From Candidatus Eiseniibacteriota bacterium (lineage in GTDB: Bacteria > Eisenbacteria > RBG-16-71-46 > CAVPCR01), in assembly GCA_963702435.1 (NCBI GenBank), contig CAVPCR010000002.1, positions 544,001 to 608,000 of the forward strand: a stretch of 64,000 nucleotides of DNA, in the 5' to 3' direction. The notes under the pieces were generated by a model. It was not told the origin of the DNA. It did not search any database and saw only the letters and a list, made by a program, of their open reading frames with translations. Shown here in pieces: positions 48,315-55,680 of the stretch (positions within the stretch are counted from its first letter, which is position 1; each line of letters starts with the position of its first letter). The position numbers and the translations under genes were made by a program.

Positions 48315-50093
48315 TCAGGCGCTGGCCGCGAGCGGCGCCGCGAGGTCCGGATGCGCGAACGCCGCGCGCTCCGGGAGCCGGATCTCGAGGACCGCGCCGG
48401 CGCGGGCGGGATCGCGCCTGATCTCGAGCGAACCGCCGTGGCGCTCGACGATGCCGGCGGCGATGGCGAGGCCGAATCCGGTGCCGCCGGGCTTGGTGGT
48501 GAAGAAGGGCTCGAAGACGCGATCGGCGATGTCATCCGGCACACCCGGCCCCGAGTCGAGGACGCGGATCACGGCCGCCTCGACCCCGGTCGCCGTCGAG
48601 AGCGGCTCGCGCGAGAGCGTGAAGCGGAGCTCGCCGCCGGCCGGGGCCATGGCCTCGATCGCATTCTGGGCGAGGTTCAGGAGCACCTGCTTCATCTGCT
48701 CGCGATCGATGAGCGCGGCGAGCTCGCGCGCCGCAGGATCCACGTCCACGGCGATCGCGACCCGCTCCCCCGCATCGAGCCGCACGAGCTCCTCGACTTC
48801 GGCGAGGAGCTCGGCCAGATCCACCGGCGCGAGCACGAGCGGCGTCACCCGCCCGTAGTCGAGGAGCGCCTGGATGAAGCGGCCGACCCGGTTGCACTCG
48901 CGTACGGCGATCTCGAGCAGGCGCCGATTCTGACCGGAGATCGCTTCTTCTTGTAGAAGGACGTCGAGCGAACCGACGACCGGCCGGATCCCGTTCCGGA
49001 TCTCGTGGGTGATGCCGCCGACGAGGCCGCCGATCGCGGCCAGCTTCTCCTTGCGCGCGCGGTCGGCTTCCTCGCGCCGCGCGAGCGTGAGATCCTGGAA
49101 GACGACGATGAGTCCGGAATGCCCGACGCGAGAGCCGCTCATCCCGACCGGGAGCGGCTGGCCGGCCGGGGTCGTGATCTCGACCGCCTGGCGCATGAGC
49201 GGCGCCGAGCCGCGGCGCGCCTCTTCGATCCAGTCGATGAAGGGCCGGGCGCCCGGGCCGAGCGCGGCGAGCGGCTGGCCGCTGACGGCGGCCGGATCGC
49301 GCCCGAGGATCTCGCCGGCGGCGCGGTTGAAGTGGAGGATGCGCCCGTCCTCGTCGAGGGAGAGGAGGCCGCTCCCGAGCTGCGAGAAGACGAAGGCCGT
49401 GTCGATGCGGGCGCGGGCCAGGCGCCGGTTGGCGACCTCAAGCGCGGTCACCCGCTCGTGGAGGATGCGGCCGGCGGCCCCGGCGAAGATCCCGACGCCG
49501 ATGAACATGGTGACGTAGAGCCCGACCTGGGTGGCGTCGGCGGCGCCGTGCGTGCCGAAGAGGCGCGGCTCGGCGCCGGCGTAGCCGACGGCCGCGAGGT
49601 AGCCGCCGGTCTCGAGGCCGAGGAGGAGGGCGTAGGCGCCGCTCGCGGCCGTGCCCACGACGGTGCCGCCGCTCCCGGCGATGACCATGCCGGAGACGAG
49701 GATCAGGAAGAGGTAGAGGACGACGAACTGGCTCTCGATGCCTCCGGTGAGGTGCACGACCGCGGTCGTGAGCGGCACGTCCACCAGGAAGAGGCACAGC
49801 AGGAGGCCGCGGCTCACGCGCCGGCGGCCGACGAGGAGCGCCGCGCCGGTCGTCAGGTACGAGATGCCGAGGACGGTGAGGAGACCGAGCGAGGTGGTGA
49901 GGCCGACGCGCCCGACGTCGAAGGCGAGGGCGAAGACGGTGACGAGCGTCATCACCCCGGCCCGCGCCGCGATGACCGCGCGTGGTCGGGTGAGCAGGAA
50001 CTCCGGTTCGACCGAGAGCCGGGCCCGCACGCGGGCCCTGCGCAGGTTCTCGCGCAGGGCCCTCATGCGTTCGGACACCGGCACCGCCTGCAT
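48315..50093 (-). CDS. pilS: Membrane sensor histidine kinase, PilS-like (multi-TM - PAS - HisKA - HATPase)
   Basis: TM block with LTGGIESQF, THEIRN, NLAQNAIEA, DSGPG, FFTTK, GTGFGL. Lies between pilC and pilR. Confidence 0.78.
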   Translation of the reverse strand: MQAVPVSERMRALRENLRRARVRARLSVEPEFLLTRPRAVIAARAGVMTLVTVFALAFDVGRVGLTTSLGLLTVLGISYLTTGAALLVGRRRVSRGLLLCLFLVDVPLTTAVVHLTGGIESQFVVLYLFLILVSGMVIAGSGGTVVGTAASGAYALLLGLETGGYLAAVGYAGAEPRLFGTHGAADATQVGLYVTMFIGVGIFAGAAGRILHERVTALEVANRRLARARIDTAFVFSQLGSGLLSLDEDGRILHFNRAAGEILGRDPAAVSGQPLAALGPGARPFIDWIEEARRGSAPLMRQAVEITTPAGQPLPVGMSGSRVGHSGLIVVFQDLTLARREEADRARKEKLAAIGGLVGGITHEIRNGIRPVVGSLDVLLQEEAISGQNRRLLEIAVRECNRVGRFIQALLDYGRVTPLVLAPVDLAELLAEVEELVRLDAGERVAIAVDVDPAARELAALIDREQMKQVLLNLAQNAIEAMAPAGGELRFTLSREPLSTATGVEAAVIRVLDSGPGVPDDIADRVFEPFFTTKPGGTGFGLAIAAGIVERHGGSLEIRRDPARAGAVLEIRLPERAAFAHPDLAAPLAASA

Positions 50094-50101
50094 CGGCGTG
50101 C

Positions 50102-51313
50102 CTAGCCGGAGATCGCCTTGACCATCTCGAACATCGGCATGTACATGGCGATGACCATGCCGCCGACGATGACGCCCATGATGACGATCAGCACGGGCTC
50201 GATCACCGAGGTCAGCGTGGCGACCGCCGTGTCCACCTCGTCATCATAGAAGTCGGCGATCTTGTTGAGCATCTGGTCGAGGGCGCCGGTCTCCTCGCCG
50301 ACCGCGATCATCTGCACCACCATCGGCGGGAAGACGTCGCACTTGGCGAGTGGGGCGGAGATGGTCTCGCCCTGGCCGATCGAGTTCCGGGTCTCCTTGA
50401 TCGCATCACTCAGGATCACCTGTTGCCGGCGGTCTCGGGCCGTGATCTCGAGGCCCTTCAGGATCGGGACGCCGCTCGAGACCAGGGTGCCGAGGGTGCG
50501 CGTGAAGCGGGCCACCGAAGCCTTGCGCAGCACGTCGCCGAGCGCCGGCACGCGGAGGCTGAACCGATCGATCACGTGCTTTCCGCGGTCGGTCGTGTAG
50601 TAGCGCTTGAGCGCGAAGACGATGCCGGCAATGGCGAGGAGGATCGCCCACCAGGCCGCGCGCAGGAAGTCGCACATCGCGACCACGATCTTGGTCGGCA
50701 GGGGCAGCTCGCCGCCGAAGTCGGCGAAGAGATTGGCGAAGGTCGGGATGATCGCCGTCAGCATGAAGACGGTGACGCCGATCGCCACGGTGAGCACGAC
50801 TCCCGGGTAAGTCAGGGCGCTCTTCACCTTGCGCTTGAGGCTATCGATCTTCTCGATGTAGATGGCCAGACGGTTCAGGATGATGTCGAGGATACCGCCC
50901 GCCTCGCCGGCGTCGACCATGTTGACGAAGAGGCCGTCGAACACCCGCGGATGCTTGGACAGGGCCTCGTTCAGGGTGGAGCCGGCCTCGACGTCGGCGG
51001 TCACCTGCTCGATGACCTTCTTGAAGTTCTCCTGCGAGGTCTGCTTGCCCAGGATCTCGAGGCACTGCACGAGCGGCAGGCCCGAATCGATCATGGTCGA
51101 GAACTGCCGCGTGAAGATGGCGAGATCCCGGGTGCTGACCCCCTGCTTGAGCGGCAGCTTGAACTTCAGGCCGGCCGGCTTCTCGCGCACCGACTGGACG
51201 ACGATGCGGTTCTTGCGCAGAAAGCTGAGTACCTCGTCGCGGCTGTCGACGCTGAGCACACCCGACTGCGTCTGCCCGGCGAGCGTCCGCCCCTTCCAGA
51301 CAAAGCTTGGCAT
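50102..51313 (-). CDS. pilC: Type IV pilus platform protein
   Basis: FTRQFSTMIDSGLPL, AGEAGGILD.IL.RLA, KVKSALTYP, RFTRTLGTL.SSGVP, VGEETGALD.ML. Confidence 0.93.
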   Translation of the reverse strand: MPSFVWKGRTLAGQTQSGVLSVDSRDEVLSFLRKNRIVVQSVREKPAGLKFKLPLKQGVSTRDLAIFTRQFSTMIDSGLPLVQCLEILGKQTSQENFKKVIEQVTADVEAGSTLNEALSKHPRVFDGLFVNMVDAGEAGGILDIILNRLAIYIEKIDSLKRKVKSALTYPGVVLTVAIGVTVFMLTAIIPTFANLFADFGGELPLPTKIVVAMCDFLRAAWWAILLAIAGIVFALKRYYTTDRGKHVIDRFSLRVPALGDVLRKASVARFTRTLGTLVSSGVPILKGLEITARDRRQQVILSDAIKETRNSIGQGETISAPLAKCDVFPPMVVQMIAVGEETGALDQMLNKIADFYDDEVDTAVATLTSVIEPVLIVIMGVIVGGMVIAMYMPMFEMVKAISG

Positions 51314-51354
51314 GTCGATGACCTCCTCGGGATCCGCCTCTCGGCCCTCCGGCG

Positions 51355-52509
51355 CTAGGCGGCGGCCGCCGCTGCGTTCAGGGTCCCCTTGTCGAACATC
51401 TGCTGCAGTTCCTTGGGATCGGCCGAGCGCTCGAGCGCCTGATCTTGCGAGATGTCGCGCCGCGTGACGGCGGCGTAGAGCGCCTGATTCATGGTCTGCA
51501 TCCCGTACTTCTGTCCGGCCTGCATCAGGCTGTAGACCTGATGGATCTTGCCCTCGCGGACCAGAGCGCGGATGGCCGGCGTACAGACCAGCACCTCAGC
51601 GCAGAGGACGCGCCCGCGGCCGCGCGCCCGCGGGAGCAGTTGCTGCGTGATGACGCCCTGCAGGACGAAGGCGAGCTGCGCCATCACCTGCTCCTGCTGG
51701 TCCGAGGGATAGAGATCGACCACGCGGTTGATCGCCTCGTACGTCGAGTTGGTGTGCAGGGTGGCGAAGACCAGGTGTCCGGTCTCGGCGACGGTGAGCG
51801 CCGCGGTGACCGTCTCGAGGTCGCGCATCTCGCCGATCAGGATGACGTCCGGATCCTGACGCAGGATGTACTTGAGCGCCTCGGCGAAACCCTCGGTGTC
51901 GGCGCCCACCTCGCGCTGGTTGACCAGGCACTTGCGGTGCATGTGCACGAACTCGATCGGGTCTTCGATGGTGATGATGTGGGCCTGGCGCTCCGCGTTG
52001 ATCGTGTCGATCATGGCGGCGAGACTGGTCGACTTGCCGCTGCCGGTCGGGCCGGTGACCAGCACGAGCCCCTTCGGCTTGCGGACGAACTCGTAGATCA
52101 CCTTGGGCAGGCCCAGATCGGCGAGCGGCGTGATCGTGTACGGGATCGTGCGCACGGCCATCGACACCACGCCGCGCTGCATGAAGACGTTGGCACGGAA
52201 GCGGCTGAGCCCCTTGATGCCGAAGGAGATGTCGAGCTCGCGGGTGTTCTCGAACCGCTTGCGCTGCTCCTCGGAGAGCACCGAGTAAGCGAGCCGCTGG
52301 GTGTCCGACGGATCGAGGGGCGCGTACTTGGTCTCGGGAAAGAGATCCCCGTCGATCCGGATCATCGGCGGCACTCCGGCCGTCAGATGCAGATCCGAGG
52401 CTCCCTTCCTGACCATGATATCGAGCAGGTCGCGGAGGCTCTGCGTCTGCGTCGCGTTCGCGGTGGCATTCGTCGCGGGCGCTGCTGGCGTCAGTGGTTT
52501 CTGCATCAT
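51355..52509 (-). CDS. pilT: Type IV pilus retraction ATPase
   Basis: ASDLHL, GLVLVTGPTGSGKST, TIEDPIE, LRQDPDVILIGEMRD, AETGHLVFATLHT, AIRALVRE. Confidence 0.93.
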   Translation of the reverse strand: MMQKPLTPAAPATNATANATQTQSLRDLLDIMVRKGASDLHLTAGVPPMIRIDGDLFPETKYAPLDPSDTQRLAYSVLSEEQRKRFENTRELDISFGIKGLSRFRANVFMQRGVVSMAVRTIPYTITPLADLGLPKVIYEFVRKPKGLVLVTGPTGSGKSTSLAAMIDTINAERQAHIITIEDPIEFVHMHRKCLVNQREVGADTEGFAEALKYILRQDPDVILIGEMRDLETVTAALTVAETGHLVFATLHTNSTYEAINRVVDLYPSDQQEQVMAQLAFVLQGVITQQLLPRARGRGRVLCAEVLVCTPAIRALVREGKIHQVYSLMQAGQKYGMQTMNQALYAAVTRRDISQDQALERSADPKELQQMFDKGTLNAAAAAA

Positions 52510-52645
52510 GGTTGGTGTTTGGTTCCTGGAGGAGCCTGCACCGCACGAGCCGGCGCGATTCCGGGGCGCTGCCCTTCGGTCTGTCCAGTTCCGAGGCAGA
52601 CGGCGCCCCTCCCGCGGAGAGTCCCCGCGAGAGCACGAGGATCGG

Positions 52646-52660
52646 GCAAGATCCGTGCCC
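52646..52660 (-). promoter_or_regulatory. Sigma54 -24/-12 promoter of pilT-pilC-pilS
   Basis: Minus strand GGGCAC-GGATC-TTGC. TGCATCGTGCA lies at 52770-52780. Confidence 0.65.
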
Positions 52661-52924
52661 CGCGGCTCGACGGCCGGGGATCCTGCGACCTCCGGCCAAG
52701 CTCAGCGGGCAACGATGTAGGGACGGCGCCCGCGATCCGTCCGCGGCCGCGGCGCGGGCGCGGGCGTCGTGCATCGTGCACGCCCCGACACCGCGAGCGG
52801 CGAGACTCCGGACGGACCAGGCCGGGAGCTCGTGGCCCCCGCGCGGCACCGGCCCATATCAAGGATTCGGCGGGTGGAGGCCGGGGCTTGAGCCGGAGGA
52901 GGACACCCGCGAGCGGGGGCGGGT

Positions 52925-53075
52925 CGGGCGCGGGCGCGGCGAGACAGGCGAAGGCCGCCGCGGGGGACGGGCGCGGGCGCCGGCGAGACAGGCGAAGGCC
53001 GCCGCGGGGGACGGGCGCGGGCGCCGGCGAGACAGGCGAAGGCCGCCGCGGGGGACGGGCGCGGGCGCCGGCGAG
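52925..53075. repeat. 44-bp intergenic tandem repeat, about 3.4 copies
   Basis: Unit CGGGCGCGGGCGCCGGCGAGACAGGCGAAGGCCGCCGCGGGGGA. Confidence 0.9.
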
Positions 53076-53186
53076 GGGCCAGCACGCACACGTCCCGACC
53101 CGGATCGCGTAAGCTCCGCGGCCGAGCTCCCGCGCCGGGGCCCGCGCTCCGGTCCGATCGCCCAGGCAGGACGGAGGAGGGTGCCC

Positions 53187-54608
53187 ATGCCCCGCTCTCG
53201 CCGGATCCCCGATGCCGTGCGCGCCGAGATCGCCGCGGCCGGACATGCCGAGGTCGTCTGCGTGCTGCGCCGCCGGGCGGGCGCCGGGCAACGGGACGCC
53301 CAATCGGGGGTCGCCCGCTCCTTCCTGGCGGCCACGCCGGCGGGATCGTGCGGACCGGCGGTCCGCAGTTTTCCGCGCCTCGGCGTCATGATTGGATTCA
53401 CCGACGCGGCGGGTGCCGCCGCCCTGGCCGCCGATCCCGCGGTCGAGATGGTGGCGCCGGCCGCCGCCCCAAGCCTGATCCGTCCGGTCCGCCGCGCGCC
53501 GGCGCGAGGCGCGACGAGCGCGCAGCCGGCCTGGGGACTCACCGCGATCGAGGCGCCCCGGTTGTGGCGGGAAGGAGTGACCGGGACCGGCATCCGCATC
53601 GGGCATCTCGACACCGGAGTGGATGCAGACCATGCGGCGCTCCGGGGCCGCGTGGCGGCGTGGGCCGAGTTCGACGCGGACGGGAAGCGCGTGACCGGAA
53701 GCGTGCCGCGCGATCCCGACGGACACGGCACGCACACGGCCGGCACGCTGTGCGGCGCCGCGGGCCGCGCCAAGACGGGCGGCGGCAAGGCGGGCGGCGG
53801 CCCGATCGGCATGGCGCCGGCCGCCGAGATCTGCTCGGCCATGGTCATCGAGGGCGGTCGCGTGCTCCTCCGCATCCTCGCCGGGATGGAGTGGGTGATC
53901 GGCGAGGGCGCGCGCGTGCTCTCGATGTCGCTCGGCATCCGCGGTTACACCCCCTTCGCGGTCGAGCTCATGGTCCGCCTGCGCGAGGCCGGCGTGCTGC
54001 CGGTCATCGCGATCGGGAACGAGGGCCCGGGCACCAGTCGTTCGCCCGGGAACTACCCGGAAGCTCTGTCGGTGGGCGCCGTCGATCGGCGCAGGCGGGT
54101 CGCCGACTTCTCGTCGAGCATGCGCTTCGAGCGCGCGATCGAGCCGTCCGCTCCCGACATCGTGGCGCCCGGGGTCGAGATCGTGTCGGCGCGCGCGGGC
54201 GGCGGGCGCGAGGTGATGGACGGTACCTCAATGGCCACGCCACACGTGGCCGGGCTGGCGGCGCTCCTCTTCTCGGCGCGACCGGAAGCGACGGTCGAGG
54301 ACGTGGAGGCGGCGATCTTCGCGAGCGCGCACCCGCTGGACGGGGAAGCGGATGCGATCCGTTACGGGCGCGGACTCGTGAACGGCCCGGCGGCGCTGGC
54401 GGCGCTCATGGGGACGACGACGACGCGCGCAGGGCGCTCGCTCGCGGCCCGGGCGCGAGGGGCGACGCTCGCCGATCGTGCGCGAGGGGCGACGCTCGCC
54501 GATCGTGCGCGACGGGCGACGCTCGCATCCGGAGCGCGAACCAAGCGCTCGGGCGTCGCACCGGCCGTAGGCAGAGCCCGCCCCGGCCGGCGGCCTAGGG
54601 CGACATGA
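53187..54608 (+). CDS. S8 subtilisin-like serine peptidase, no evident signal peptide
   Basis: GGAGGAGG RBS. Catalytic triad HLDTG, HGTHTAG, GTSMATPHVAG. Oxyanion residue in IGNEG. Confidence 0.9.
   Translation: MPRSRRIPDAVRAEIAAAGHAEVVCVLRRRAGAGQRDAQSGVARSFLAATPAGSCGPAVRSFPRLGVMIGFTDAAGAAALAADPAVEMVAPAAAPSLIRPVRRAPARGATSAQPAWGLTAIEAPRLWREGVTGTGIRIGHLDTGVDADHAALRGRVAAWAEFDADGKRVTGSVPRDPDGHGTHTAGTLCGAAGRAKTGGGKAGGGPIGMAPAAEICSAMVIEGGRVLLRILAGMEWVIGEGARVLSMSLGIRGYTPFAVELMVRLREAGVLPVIAIGNEGPGTSRSPGNYPEALSVGAVDRRRRVADFSSSMRFERAIEPSAPDIVAPGVEIVSARAGGGREVMDGTSMATPHVAGLAALLFSARPEATVEDVEAAIFASAHPLDGEADAIRYGRGLVNGPAALAALMGTTTTRAGRSLAARARGATLADRARGATLADRARRATLASGARTKRSGVAPAVGRARPGRRPRAT
54453..54526 (+). 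repeat. 27-bp in-frame repeat (ARGATLADR) in the peptidase C-terminal tail
   Basis: GCGCGAGGGGCGACGCTCGCCGATCGT, about 2.7 copies. Confidence 0.8.
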
Positions 54609-55224
54609 AGTGCCGCTGGAAGAAGCTCAGGTCGGAAAGCGCGATGATGCCGTCGCAGTCGAAGTCGGCCTGCCAGTCGTGCACGTCGAGCCCCTGCCCC
54701 GGCGCGGTGAACTCCTGCTGAAAGATCCCGAGATCCGCGAGGGCCACGCTGTCGTCTCCATTCACGTCCGGCGAGCGGACGCCGCCATCCCATTCCGGAG
54801 CCGGTAGCCCCTGGTGTCCCGGGATGACATGAAAGACGACATTCTGCACACGCACCGAAACGGCGCACGGATCGGCGCCGCCGAAAGTCAGCATGTACTC
54901 CCAGTGGATGTTGCCGTTGGCGTCGCTCGGTTCATCGGCCTCGATGCGGTCGGATGGCCGCGTGCTCGGGTTCAAGCAGTTGCTGAAGTCGAGCCATACG
55001 GCTGAAGCGGGGAAGTTGGCCACGGGCACCCCGTTCGAGTCACGGAGGGTGCCTTCGTAGCGATAGCGGAATCCCTCCGGGGCGGTCGAGTTCCGGGGGC
55101 TCACCCCCAGGCAATCGCCGAAGGTGCTCTGGCCGGAGCTGGGCACGGTGCCCCGGACCGGGGTCGCGGCGAGGAGGGCGAGGAAGACGGTCGCCACGAG
55201 GAGCGGCAAGCGGGGTCGAGTCAT
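54595..55224 (-). CDS. Secreted Cys-containing protein with C-terminal dockerin/EF-hand-like repeats
   Basis: GGAGG RBS, signal peptide (LPLLVATVFLALLAATPVRG), DVNGDDSVALADL..F and DFDCDGIIALSDL..F. Confidence 0.75.
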   Translation of the reverse strand: MTRPRLPLLVATVFLALLAATPVRGTVPSSGQSTFGDCLGVSPRNSTAPEGFRYRYEGTLRDSNGVPVANFPASAVWLDFSNCLNPSTRPSDRIEADEPSDANGNIHWEYMLTFGGADPCAVSVRVQNVVFHVIPGHQGLPAPEWDGGVRSPDVNGDDSVALADLGIFQQEFTAPGQGLDVHDWQADFDCDGIIALSDLSFFQRHFMSP

Positions 55225-55347
55225 GACCCACCTCCCTGTTCGCGCGGGCGGGCGCTGGACACGACGGCGGAGTGGAATGCCGAGCCGCACCCTTCCCGCT
55301 GGTGCGTTCATTGTAGCACCGGGCCGGCGAGAACGATCGGGGGATAG

Positions 55348-55565
55348 GGCGGCGAGACACGCCCATCGGCCGGCGATAGTCCCGGCCGGCGAGACACGCC
55401 CATCGGCCGGCGATGGTCCCGGCCGGCGAGACGCGCCCCTCCGCTGGCGATGGTCCCGGGCCGGCGAGGCACGCCCCTCCGCTGGCGATGGTCCCGGGCC
55501 GGCGAGACACGCCCCTCCGCCGGCGATGGTCCCGGGCCGGCGAGGCACGCCCCTCCGCCTGGCGA
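55348..55565. repeat. 37-38-bp intergenic tandem repeat, about 6 copies, between divergent genes
   Basis: Consensus GGCCGGCGAGACACGCCCCTCCGCCGGCGATGGTCCCG. Units abut, with no unique spacers. Confidence 0.9.
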
Positions 55566-55644
55566 GGCAGGCTGCGCCCGGTCCGGCCCGCGAACGGGCG
55601 TCGCGCCCGTACGCGGCGACGAGGCTCGATTGAGGGCAAGGCAC

Positions 55645-55673
55645 TTCCCGCCGGGCAACCCGCCCCGTATTCT
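55645..55673 (+). promoter_or_regulatory. Sigma70-type promoter positioned to give a leaderless mRNA
   Basis: TTCCCG-N17-TATTCT-N7-ATG(55681), with no Shine-Dalgarno sequence. Confidence 0.5.
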
Positions 55674-55680
55674 ACCGCGG

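Noticed and set aside
55348..55565. 37/38-bp array as a CRISPR array
   Set aside because: Units abut with no unique spacers, and there are no cas genes in the window.
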